From Zygnema circumcarinatum SAG 698-1b (lineage: Eukaryota > Plantae > Zygnematophyceae): DNA of 64,000 nt. Both the position numbers and the translations under genes were made by a program. This document shows positions 11,289 through 23,832 of the stretch, in pieces (within the stretch, counting starts at the first letter, position 1; every line of letters starts with the position of its first letter). The stretch is from assembly GCA_037447605.1 (NCBI GenBank), contig CM074812.1, forward strand, positions 1,860,001-1,924,000, in the 5' to 3' direction. The notes under the pieces were generated by a model. The model was not told where the DNA came from, did no database searches, and saw nothing but the letters and a program-made list of their open reading frames with translations.

Positions 11289-14034
11289 ATGCGGCAGGTG
11301 CGGCGGGGCCTGCACGTGGGCGCATGGCAGGACGCCACGTGTCCCCGCACGCTGGCGGCGGGCGCTGTCTCGCACGTGCTGTCGCTGGCCATCCCACCTC
11401 GCCTCCCCCCCGGTGCGGCCCCCCACAGGTGGGAGCGGGGGAGGGAGGGAGGGAGGGAGGGNNNNNNNNNNGAGGGGGGGAGGGGAGGGAGGGACGCGAT
11501 GGCCCGCGCATGGGACCAGCGCATATGGGAGAAATTGGGGGGAAGTGAAGGGGGGTGGCACGCGGGGGGGGGGTGTTGTAGGGTGTACTTGGGGGAAAGG
11601 CAGAGGAAATGAAGTAATGGGGAGGGGACGGAAGCGGTACGAAGGAGGAGAGGGTGCGGGTGGGACTCGGAACGAGCACTTGTTCATTTTTTGTTGATAC
11701 TTGTGGTCTCTGTTTGAATGCAGCTGAGAGCGATGATGTCTCTTTGCGCACACCTGTGAACCAAGAAGATCCATGTGCGGTAACGCGTCTGAGCATTCCA
11801 ATTTTGGACTCCGAATCGGAAAACCTTTTGGATGTTTTGGAGCGCTGTCTTGCGTTCATAGAGGAGGGGCGGGCGGGCGGCGGCGTGCTCGTGCACTGCC
11901 ACGCGGGGGTGTCGCGGAGGTGCCCCCCCGCACTCCCCCCATGCATGCATGCATTGATATGGCCGGGAAAAAAGGGTTTACATGCATGCACGCATGTGGC
12001 CATGCGCACCACCCCGCATGAATGCATGCCTGTGCATGCATACATGATACGGTGCATCCGAATGCACATGCATGCATGTGTCCATGTGCCTTTGATTGCC
12101 TTCAACACGCGCAAAGGCATTCTCATGAATGTGCAGCTTCGGCACCGCGTGCTTTGTGGGGTTTGTGGGAGCAGTCCGGCAGTAGTGGTGGCATACCTTA
12201 TGCGCTCTGAAGGGCTCTCGTGTTCGGGTGAGCATGCAATACTATCCATTACGCATTGTGTGCATTTGCACTCCCACATTATCGTTTGAAACTTGCAGAG
12301 AATTAAGAGTAGGTTCGTGCGGAGACAGCTGTCATTTAACTGCGAGACCGAAGAGTAAAAGTGATCATACGTAACGGACAGTTTTTTCGTACACTGGAGA
12401 CAACTAAGTTGATCTCATTTAGGGATTCCGATGTAATAATTGTTGAACATGAACAATCTTTTGGAGTGATTCCCTAGAAGCAACTGTCATTGGCGGCATA
12501 AGGCCAGTTGTTGGAACGGGCAAACATCACCTCCTCGCCTGCCAGTTCGCTGCCAAAGGCAAGAGAGAGAGACAGAGCGAGAGAGGGAGAGAGAGAGAGA
12601 AAGAGAGAGAGGCGGTGGCGAGAGAGCTGACGGCCGAATCGTTGTGCAGAGGCTCTTCAGGAAGTCCGCAAAGCAAGCCCAAGTGCATCTCCTAACGATG
12701 GTTTCCTCAGACAGGTATATGCACCTCACCCTGCTGACTTGTCAAAAAAAAAAAAAAAAAAAAAAATTCTTTAAATGGAAAGATCTCCTGGGTGGCGTTC
12801 CCTGGTTGACTTACAGTTCCTACAATTTTCACTTTCTGTGGCCGAAGCTGAGGGAAGTGTTGAGAAGTGCGATTTGTGCGCTCGTCTGCAAGGGCTGCCA
12901 TGCCTCTTCCCTGCCTCTCCCCATGAGACTGACTGCTCGCGGGGAGGCTGCAAGTGCAGCTGCGAATGTTTGAGGAGATGGGCTCGCAAGTGAATCCGGC
13001 CCACCCTCTCTACCGTCAGTTCCGACTGGAAATGCTCGGTGAGGGAGCGGACTGGTTGGGGGGGTTGAGGGCTCTAAGAAGCTGTAGTTGTTCTGTATCT
13101 AAGCAGCTTTCAATACATTACTCTACAGGAGCCCAACTGGCGAGGTTAATGAATCAGATTGGGGTCCCCATGCACATCGTGATTAACCTGACATGGTTAC
13201 GGCATCTCCATTAACTGTAGAAGTAGAGGTTGTTGGAATACAGTTGTTTGCAGAACCGCAGCCAAAAGCCTCTTGCTATACCTTAAGCATCAATGTTGAG
13301 AACCGTATTAAACCTGTTGCAAGAAAACTTCCCCTGCGTGCAGGGCGAATGCACACAGAGGGCCATGCACTGCAGAACGATCAGTTTGCCCTCAGTCCCC
13401 CTCCGGACCGACCTGCCCTCTACCGCTGCCGCAAGTGCAGGTCTGCCCTTGCGGTGCCGGAAAACGTTCTTCCTCACGAGGTGGGAGGAGGGGGGGGAGG
13501 GGGAGAAGCTCCCTCTTGGCGTAGGAGAGAGGCTGTGCAGCTTCAGCCGCAGCGGATACAGTGCTCCTCAGTGTTCGTGCAGCCCATGCAATGGATGCAG
13601 AGTGGTGAGTGAGTGAGGGGGATCTCAGTCACACATTTGGGTCTAGTCATAGCTGTGGGTTTTGGCAGAGATGGCAGTCAGATGTTATTGTTTTTGCACT
13701 AACGTGAAGTTGCAAAGGAAATGTATGTGTACCGTTGCGCATCTGCTGCCTTCAAGTGGCCTAGCTTCGAAGTGTTTGGATACAAATGGTCCAAATGAGT
13801 GGAAGCCATGACTGAGGAACTTTCTACCATCACAGAGGAGGTTAATTGTAATTGTTAGTTGTATTGTTATGATGTGCAGTGCAAGATGGCAGCGTCGAAG
13901 GCAAGCTGCTTTGCCCCAAATGCAGCTCCCGACTGGGCAATTACAGCTGGGCAGGTTTGCGGTGCAGTTGTGGCACGTGGGTGGTCCCCGCCTTCCAGCT
14001 GCACAAGAGCCGAATGGATGAAGCATGGCAATAG
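11289..14034 (+). CDS. DUSP12: Dual-specificity phosphatase with C-terminal zinc-binding domain (DUSP12/YVH1 type), 7 exons
   Basis: Exons 11289-11412, 11724-11919 (catalytic VLVHCHAGVSRS), 12175-12227, 12650-12714 (SPNDGFLRQ), 12960-13038 (LRMFEEMG...YRQFRL), 13344-13604 (YRCRKCR...CSSVFVQPMQWM) and 13880-14034 (GKLLCPKCSSRLGNYSWAGLRCSCGTWVVPAFQLHKSRMD). Phases are consistent. Confidence 0.93.
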
Positions 14035-14547
14035 TACAGACTCGCCCTTCCTTCTCTTCTCTTTCTCTCTTCTTTCTCGTTCTTTCTGTTCCCGGTGCAG
14101 TGCGATACAGTCAATCTCAAAGAAATGTTCTTTCTTTCTTTGCCTTTTTTTGCTTGGCTGCTTTTTTTGTTCGAGTCCATAATTGTGAAGGCAGGGTTAG
14201 CGGAATGATGTGGACCAATGGGAGACTGCAACTTTTTTTGACTTGTCCACTGGGCATGTCAACTTTTTTGTTCAATGTTCGGTTGGTGGGCAATTTTTGA
14301 AAAAACAAACGATAAAAAGAGAAGACACAACACATTATTTTGATAAATCTTCATGCCTTTCCAGACCTCAGTTTGTACTTTCGACAAATTCATTGTCAAG
14401 ATCACCATTGCACAAGCGGTAGAACCTTAGGGAAAATTGGCTTTCTATAAAAGACAATACATACATATACATATTGAATGGTTTGAAAGAAATCGAACAA
14501 ATTAAAAAATGAATCAACCAGTTAAGAAAACCTTTCAGTAACAATTA

Positions 14548-16015
14548 TCAAAGGCAGTGTTCGGTGTAGAGCTCGGAAGCTGCCACGTGGAGGAAACAAT
14601 GCCGGCGCGCCAACTCCTGAATAAACTCACGCAAACGTCGATTTACATCAGAGGCAAATGTTCCAATAAACACAACACAAATGTTCACTTGAAGACAAGG
14701 TTCATGGAATTCAATTTTAGTTCGTAGGCTTCGATCTTTAGAACGAAAAATAGCGGGAGTTACCCCGAGATTGGAAGAATAGCCGCCTCCGACAAGGCAG
14801 GCGATGGGAACTCCGAATCGTAAACACGTGTTGATGACCTGAAGGGTGGGGGAGGGAGAGGGAGAGGGAGAGCGAAAGGGGAGGGAGCGGGAGAGGGAGA
14901 GGGAGAGAGAGGAGAGCGAGAGGGAAAGGGGAGGGAACGAGAGAGAGAGTAAGGGAGGGAGAGAGTGATAGGGGGGTTGGGGGGGAGTGGTGTCGTACAC
15001 ATCATGAACACTCCTGGGCCCATAATTTCATTACTCAACAAACCTCCCCTTTAACTCACCCACTTTTGACAAAAGAAAATTCACATTTTCACAACGACAA
15101 CAAAGAAAAACAAAACTGCTGCCAGGTGTCGAAATGTTATTGGCCAACACCTGAAAGTCCCTCCGATAAATCCCCTGGTCGGTCAGACATAGCCTGCAGC
15201 CAATCAAAAAGCTGTCAGATGCCGGAGAGGGAGAGGGAGAGGGAGAGGAAGAGGGAGAGGAAAAGGGAGAGGGAGAGGGAGAGGAAGAGGGAGAGAGAGA
15301 GAGAGAGAAACGTACTTTCCAAGAGTGTCCTCTACATGAGGGTCGACTCCGGCATCGTACAAAACCAAATCCGGTCGAAATTTAGTCAGCACCTAAACCA
15401 CCGCAATTTGAAAGAAAGCAAACGAAAGAGATCAATATATGTCTGTTCAAAACACACCGAGCAGCGCAAAAGAAGAGAAACATCATACGATTAACAAAAA
15501 CACAATGAACCCTAGCTGCTCGGAATAATTGGAAGACAATGCAACCATAATTTCGAGTTTTCAGAATAATGAGTTTTCGCACCGGAGGTAAACTCTCTTC
15601 CAAAATCCGTAAGTACTCTTCGTCAGCAGTGCCAGCTGGCACGTCAATATCCAGATCGCTGCGCTGACATGGCACCCACAAGGCCACGTGGCAATTGAGT
15701 GGCGTGACAGCTGTCATACTTTTGTCAAAAGTCACGTTTCAAAACCTATTGCCGGCATCAAGAAAAAATGCTCTTTCAACAACAACTCAACTTTGATCCC
15801 CTATTTTCCGTTTGGAAAAAAAATTACTTGGGTTTTTCGAGTTTTTACCAAAAAGCTAAACTGGAAAGTCCCCATTCACACCTGCTTCCGTGCCGGGAAA
15901 TTGGACCCGCAGTGCATGCTCAGTGTGAACACTCTCGGGTCGTCTTCAAATATGGAGGCCGTACCATCACCCTATCCCAAAAACGAGAAGTTAAAGGGAG
16001 AGTGAAAGAGAGTGG

Positions 16016-16074
<59 letters not shown>

Positions 16075-18650
16075 AACTCAAATGATAACTTTTACGATAC
16101 CCGAACGTTTCAAACGCATTAACCAGAATTTCTTCTACATTTTCTCCTACTTCTCCTTTTCCACGCTGCCCACATTGTTTCAAAACCCTAAAGACGCTCC
16201 TTTTGACCTCTGTTGAAAGCCCCTGAAATCTCACCTGATGTACATCCAAGTCCACAACAAGGACCCTTTCCACTACCTTCATTTCTAGCAGTACTGCTGA
16301 CGTAACCTGTCCCACATGCACCACGACGATCACGTCAGCAGCCAACCTGTCAAAACATTGCATGACATCGGCAAACCAATCTTGATCTCGATGCTGACAT
16401 CAGCATGCAATACTCATCCCAAGAAACTTTACCGCGATGTCATTGATTATGCAAAAGCCGGACCCATAATCCCGGAAGGCGTGATGTGTGCCTGCATCAT
16501 CACATCACATAACATCTCATCATGTCATGTCATGTCATGCATATCCTGCCACGTCATGTCACATCACATTGGATCATATTGCGCTATGTCATGTCATACA
16601 TGCGGTGGCGCATCATATCACGTCACGTCAATCGGAAAAAAACGAGCAACATAGGGTTCATTCATAACAACGACATTGGATGCATTGAGTGTTTAAAATT
16701 CAAATCTTTAAGACTTCGATTCTCACCTCCTGCAGTGTTGCACGCCAACCTCTTCTGAAGGGCCAACTCAGCAGTCAGCAGCGTGCCTGCCACCTGTCAC
16801 CCCTTTGGCAAAAATCAAATTGCAAAATTGTAAACATTAAAATGGTCTCCATTTTGAGAGACAAACCCTCAGTTCTCTTTCCCTCCTACCCTTCCTCTCT
16901 CTCCCTCTCTCCCTGCCATCTCTCTCGTTGCCTCCCCTTCCTCCTTCTCCCTCTATTCCTGCATGCCCTCTCCGCTTCTTTCATGCGTAAAAGAATATAA
17001 TATAAGGCTTAGAAATCTTAATCCTGTAGAGATCCAAAAAAAACCTCTGGAAAAAGTACAGGGAGTAAAACAAAGCCATTTTCGGTACATATTAAAGGAT
17101 TTTATTTTTATTTTTATCTGCTTTCTCTGCAGTGAAGTTCAGTCATGCCTCAGAAAGTGTTCGTGTAACCAAATCTGAACTCCATGGAAGTCCAATTCTC
17201 CGCAAAGCGGAGTCGCCAATGGAACCATCCATGAAACTTTTGACATAGCTCATGTCATGCACCTGCAACAAGAGAGTAAAGAAAATGGAAATGGAAATGA
17301 AAAAAAAGGAAATGGGAGGGAACATCTTTAAACCTTAAGAAATTTTGGGGCTTCCAAGGTCTTTATGGAGTTGAGAGTTTAAGGGTTTCTAGACAGTTCG
17401 AATTTCGAAGAATTTGAGAAGCTCATTGGGCGATTTGAAAGAAGGGAAGGTGGCAAACAAAGTTGTAGTACTGTGAACCATTCTGAAGACTATTTGTTGA
17501 GCAAAGTGGAGGCACAAGTGTCGTGAAATTGGAAATTCAGAACTTAAATTAAAAGGTATCGAGGCTGACCAGGCCTATCTGTTTGTGAGTCGGCATCTTT
17601 AACGGAAACTGGACCTGCACGCACATAGAACAGCAGTGGCGAGGAGGCCGTTCATCAAAATGAAGAAGGTGATGTCTTTATGATTTTTATGATGTTTATG
17701 ATAATAAACGTATTTTCGGGTTTTTTACCTGTCGGGGCAGAACTATACCGTCCTCAAGCAATTTCTCGTAAATCGTGCGAAAAATTGCTATTGGAAATCG
17801 GTGCCCGGGTGGAAACACAGGCGCGCTATATGCCGGGTGGTACACCACCGGCAGACAGCCCGCCCTGCAGGACGCAATGAACATACATATGAAAGAGGAA
17901 TATACATGTACATGTATCGGAATGAATGTGTGAGAATTTGAAAAATGGGAAAGGTATGAGCATGCGAAAAGACACTAGTAATCTGTGAAAGTTTCAGAAA
18001 CGTGAAATAAAGGGACGTGATTGGAACGTAGAAGAAGGAATGTTGAAAATAGGGGGTGAGAGAGCCAGAGAGATAGAGACAGTGATAGGGGAAGAGAGAG
18101 GAGAGGGAGAGGGGAGAGAGGGGGGAGTGAGACAGAGGGAGAGGCAGAGAGGGAGAGAGGGAGAGAAGGGACGGAGAGGGGAAGGAGGGGAGAGAGACAG
18201 AGAGAGGGAGAGCGAGAGAGGGAGAGAGAGGGGGAGAGAGGAGAGGGGAAGGGGAAGGGGGCAGATAGAGAGACAGAGAGAGGGAGGGGGGGAGGGGGAG
18301 AGAAAACAGGGAGAGAGGCGAGAGAGGTAGGGAGAGAAAGTGAAGAGCGAGAGGAGCGGGGGGAGGGAGAGACAGAGAGGGAGGGAGAGAGAGGGCGAGA
18401 GTGGACAGGAAGAAGGGAAGAGGCAGAGAGAGAGAGAGTCAGCGAGAGAGGAGAGACAGCGAGGGGAGAGACAGGGGAAGAGAGGGAGAAAGAGAGAAAA
18501 ATCAATGCACCTTGCAAAAGAGTCCTTCCTCCACTCCATAAATCTCCCATCAGGGTAAAACGCAGCTCCCCCCGCCATGGTCGCAACTCCTCTTCTGCTC
18601 CCCCTAACCCTAAACCCGCCATGGCCTAAAACGAAGCGGCCAATCCCCAT
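14548..18650 (-). CDS. Zn-dependent deacetylase, histone deacetylase superfamily (class IV-like, bacterial/cyanobacterial type), with N-terminal organelle-targeting-like extension
   Basis: The spliced product contains [84 protein letters not shown] and LVGGGY. All Zn-ligand and catalytic motifs are intact. In-frame ATGs lie at 18650 and 18578; stop at 14548-14550. Confidence 0.93.
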
Positions 18651-19860
18651 ATGTGAAATTTTGGGTTTCAGAAGAGTCGAGAAAGGCTGCATTGGCGCTA
18701 TCCGAGATTTGGGGTTCAGGCCCGACCAACGCTCGTAACCCTAAGGTCATGCCACGTGGCGCGCATGCAGGAGGCGCCACGTGGCAGGGGCGCACGGCGA
18801 AGGAACACGATTACATGAGTCGCTGTATTTCGCCGCGTGCATGCCTCCTAGGGCGGCAGAGGAGCTGACAGCTGGCGAGTGCTGCTGCTGCACTGCTGCC
18901 CTGCAGGCCCTTGCAAGGGAAGGGGGAGGTCTGCAGAGAGGGTCAGCGAAGCTTTTTATTTCCCCTTTTTTTTTTTTTTGGACTCCTCTAGTTAAAGGAC
19001 TTCATTACAATATTTGGAGGTTTTTATCAAAAAATAGTTTTGATGGCTTAGCCTTCAAAATGCAAAAGGGGCACAGAAAAGTGTCACAACCGTTTGAAGA
19101 CGGCAGCATGAAAAATGATACGCCAGGGCTTCCATACACCATAGCTTGCCACATATGCACAATCATGAGCAAAAGAGAGCATCTTCTGCTAGCACTGAAC
19201 AAGCCATGCTCCCTTTCTTGAAGCTCTTGGCACAGTACATTTGCCGAGCTCATCACTATCATCTACACGCTTCAAGTATACACAGTCACATGGCATGATC
19301 ACAAATGGGTGGCACGTACAATGGCACGAGACATGGTGTGGCATACTTCATTAGCACAAAAAGATTCGATAAAAATAAAGCAGACCCATGAAAACTCTTT
19401 TTTTTTAGAAAAGAAAAAAAAGGAGAGATTCCTCCTATTGCAAGAAGGTCAAAATTGGACGTCTTTGAGCGTCTGTCTTTGTCAAAATACGAAACAGAAA
19501 ATAGAACGGGATGAACTGCATTTCTGTCGAGCCTCTTTAAGCCACACGTGCGTCGGTATCCGTAAACTCTCCTATACACCTCCCTCTCCCGGAATGGCCT
19601 GGCTTACGCTAAACAGAAGAGGAGCCATCGCATAGCCCTTACGGAATTTACACCATATACTGAGGAAGACCTCCAATATCCGCCCAAAAAAAGACCCTGA
19701 ATACCCTGAAGACCCTCATATACGAGTACTACTAGAGGGTACAACTCCAGCTATACTTTACAGTGTTTCGTACAGACTTCCTTGTATGTATGGTAGATCG
19801 TTCATGACATGGGCAGCATCTTCCCCCACCCGCAGAAAATCCACCTTTTCCGTCGTTGCA

Positions 19861-22800
19861 TCATGCAAACATGGACGAAGAGTACTGAGGCCCAAACATG
19901 TCGGTTTTGGGTTGACCAGTTCCTTTGGGTCCTTTCGGTTTCGACAAGGCTTTAAGAAGGTCTTTCTGCCCTTCAGCACTATACAGAAGTGCCCTTGTTT
20001 CCAACCAGCTGCTCCAGGCCTGCATTGCGTTTCCCCCAAAGGTTTAGATAAGAGTGCATTTCTTAGATAGAGTAAGATTAGGGTATTAAGGTTTTACTAC
20101 CACACTGACGATGGAGGTTGTTCCACCATTCAGAGTTCACTATTTTTAGGGAGGTACCTCTCTGTGACGTTCAAGGATAGAGAGCTGCAGACTTGGCGCC
20201 CCTCCCGGAAGGTGCTGTTGAAGGTGGGATGAAAGAACATGAAGGTCCTGCAAGTCTCCGAGTACGCTCTGCAGCTTTCGGACATTAGAAAGAACCCGTT
20301 CAAAGCGCTCATGCCCTCCATAGACAGGCTGGAGGAGCTCCATAGAGTAACGTAATTCTGCACCTCATAACATACAAAGGAGCACTTTAGTAAAGCAGAA
20401 CGAGACTGATCAAGTCCATAACGGTACACGCGTGTTGTGTATGGGTATGAGGAGGGAAAGGGGGATGGAGAGAGAGAGGGGGCCGGGAGAGTTAAACCAC
20501 CCATAACGTATACAACAAGAATCAGAGTAACGCAAACTCCTCCAGAAAACATTGCAAAGAATTTCAGCAATGTCAATGCTTACCACGGAGATTTTTGCGT
20601 AGATCATGCATAGTCGCGCACTGTTTTCCATCCAAAGTTGGCAGGGAGTCTATCGCACTGCTTTTTTTGGATGAAGTTTTCTTCTCCTTTATGCCCAAAG
20701 CACGGACACCCTCTTCCTTACATTCCAAATCTGCTCTCGCCAACCCCCCCACCCAGAATCACACAATGGAATAGGCCAAAAATCTATAAACAAGCACGCC
20801 TGAAGGAAGTCAACACTGCAACTACAGCCGCCTCTGCCTACGAAACTGAAAAAGCTAGTGGATATAAGCAATTGACAGCAATTGACAGCAATTAGCCAAA
20901 CACAGAAAGACTGACGAAACTAACAAAAACAGCTTACAGCTGCAGCTTACGTAGAACACGAATATAATATGAAGCTCTAACTCAACTGAACTGTCTGATG
21001 TAACATGAAAGCAATTTTGAGAAACAATTATAAGATTTCAGGGACCCCTTACCGTCAACATGCCATGCTGGATGCAGCAGCAAGTGGGCGGCCTGCTGTA
21101 CAAGAAGAGCAGGAACCACAAGTCCTGATGAAGAGCTTCCAAGACCCACTAAATTTGTTTTGAAGTGTGGCTTCTTCGCCCACTCCTGCAGAACCCACAA
21201 ATTCACACATCTAATGTTACAATACATCATCATTTGAATCTGCCTAACCCAGGTCCCTACAAGACAGCCATAAAATGAAGTTGAAAAAGCACTAAGAGGG
21301 TAAGCATACTCTAATGCTCACATTGCACCATTTCTTGAACAAAATACATACTCGAATCCGAAAGCCTTACAAGAAGTAACTATAAAAGCAACTCACCAGA
21401 AGTGACTTTTCAAGGCTGACGGCTGATTTGCCTTGCAACACATGAACTGACTTCGAGATTACTTTGGAGCGTTCCGTCTTCAAGCGTTCCTGAAGAGCTG
21501 TGAGAGCCTTCACCTCCTCCTCCTTCACATCCAACGCTGCCTTCCTGACATCGTCCAGTCTTTCCTGCAAACGCCCAAGTTTGGTTGTTGCATTAGCGCA
21601 CTATCACGGACGCAGTCATCATCACAAAAACAATAAAGCATGCAATACAAGCATTAATGCATTAAACATTCTGTGGTTACGTCAGTGTATTAGTCAAACT
21701 GTGTAAGTGTTGCCCATTGTTCTACTTTCACTGACCATTCAAATGCTACAGTACCCCAATGACCAAACTTTTCATCCACGTCCTAACTAACGATAATAAG
21801 ATATGATATTTATCAGCCAACGTTAGTATCTGCAAAACATCTAAGAAAAAATTAAATGGAATACATTTCCAAACGGCGCTTCAGTAAAGGCCAATGATTC
21901 CAAGGCGAGCACAGCAGGACAACCGTGACAAGATCTGAAAATGAATTCAGTGCTAACAAAACTTACTACAACTGTACATGCAGTTACTACATTCAATTGC
22001 CGTGTCATACCTGCATGACATCAGCGTCTCGCAAGGTACCAAGAACGCGAAGAAGTTGCGAAATCTTGTTCGCTTCTAGAACCTTGGGAAGTTCTGCAAA
22101 TACAAGAACATAAAATCCAATTCACTATGCAAATTCCTTCTTTTTCGATTTAGAAGTTCATCACATAAATAAGTGTATCAAGCCGAAACTCAAATGCCGT
22201 GAAAATGTACAGACAAGAGTTTCAATCCGCTCAAAGGATCCTGCAAGATTTCAATCCCTCGCCATTGTACCAAACAGAACGCACACTATCTTTGCTGCCA
22301 ATCTCACTCCCTCTCCCTCTCCTTCTCTTCTTACCAATGAAGGGCCTAAAAGTGTTGACCGCATTTCGTAGCCTGCGCAATACCACTCGGAGGTCGTGAA
22401 TAACCTTTTCTTCCTGCAGAGACAACTTCAAAAACTGCGTCATAGAGTGCCAACAAGTGAATGATAATACTGAAAAACAAAACCAGTTGCTAGAACATGT
22501 GCAAAGGAAGAGAGATCATCACACCAAAGTCACGAGGTACAAACCAACAAACAGTTTCATTCAGCTACTCCAAACAGCGATCTCATGCTTCATATTGCCA
22601 AAGCCACGAATGTCAAAAAAATCCAGAGCAAATTTCTTGTCGTTTAGTCCCCCGCATTTCTCGCTTTCGTGTAGTTTGCATCCACTCACAAGTGACTCCG
22701 ATAGGCGATTGAACTTCTGTGAACAATCATCTTGCAGCTTCAGCATGCCCTTTGAAAGCACACCTTCCAAAGCCTCTTTGTATGCTGGGACAGAGTCCAC

Positions 22801-23832
22801 CTGCACAGGATGGTACAGACAAGGCACGAGTTTATGATGAGAAAAAAGCCATCAATTACATCCATCATACATTTCGATTAGTACATCATTCATTCCATTG
22901 AAAACAGCACCTTCAAGAACTACAACATTTATCAAACCCAGGTAATAGGTCAGGCGTATTGGGAATTGCAATCTTGGCATTCAAAGATCTGCACTTGCAC
23001 GAACCTCTTCGTCAGAAACAGATGGCAAGGGAATTTCTTCGTCTGCTTTGCTGACAAGAGGCCCGTTGACTCCCCTCACATCATCATCGTTGGCATTTTC
23101 AACTTTTTCTAGCTCATTCTTCTTCCCTTTTTTTCCTTTTCCCTTCTTTTTCTCCTTCTTCGCATGGACCTCGTTTTCTTGAACGGTGATGATGCCAGTT
23201 GGAGCAGGCAAGGCGGGAAGCCGCTCCTCGTTAACTTCTTCATCTTCTTCAGAAACAGTTGGCGAAAAGTTTTTTTCCTCTGCCTTTCTTACATGAGAGT
23301 CATTGACTGGGGTTACATCATCATCGTCATCATCATCATCATCAGCACCTTCACCCTTCTCCCGCTCATTATACTTCCCTTTTCTTCCTTTCCCCTTCTT
23401 CCTCTCATCTTTGAAAAAACCAGTAGATTCATTCCAAGATACATTGTCCACAGCAGAGTCTCTCCCCTTTTCTCCCTTCAAACCTCCGCTTCCAATCTTT
23501 TTGCCATTTACTTTGGTCCCATTCACTCGCTGCTCCTCATCCGCCTTCAACACAGCGCCGCCTTTGCTCGCCTTGCAGACGCCGTAGCTCCTCCTTCCAC
23601 AGCACGTCCAAAACCCTAACCTCGTGCTGCTTCCAAAACCCTCCTGCAGGCCCTGTCCCTGCTTCAAGCTCCTGCCAACGAGCCAACGGTTGGCAGAAAC
23701 TCCTGCGGCTGCAGAAGCTCCCAATTCGAATTCAAACCCACATTTGGCGGAGTTCTGGGTCCCAACGGCGAGGGGCGGGCGGGCGGTGCAGGCGGGGGCG
23801 AGGGGGAGGCGGAGGAGGGAATATGCCGCCAT
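19861..23832 (-). CDS. CHAD-domain (polyphosphate-binding) protein with transit-peptide-like N-terminus and Lys/Asp/Glu-rich linker, 9 exons
   Basis: Exons 23832-23005, 22800-22690, 22413-22335 (VIHDLRVVLRRLRNAV), 22093-22011 (LLRVLGTLRDADVMQ), 21564-21397, 21185-21053 (HLLLHPAW), 20730-20584 (MHDLRKNLR), 20357-20158 (ELRYSMELL...VLGDLQDLHVL) and 20019-19861. All phases are consistent, and both HxxRxxxRxxR / LGxxxDxxV CHAD half-repeats are present. Confidence 0.92.
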
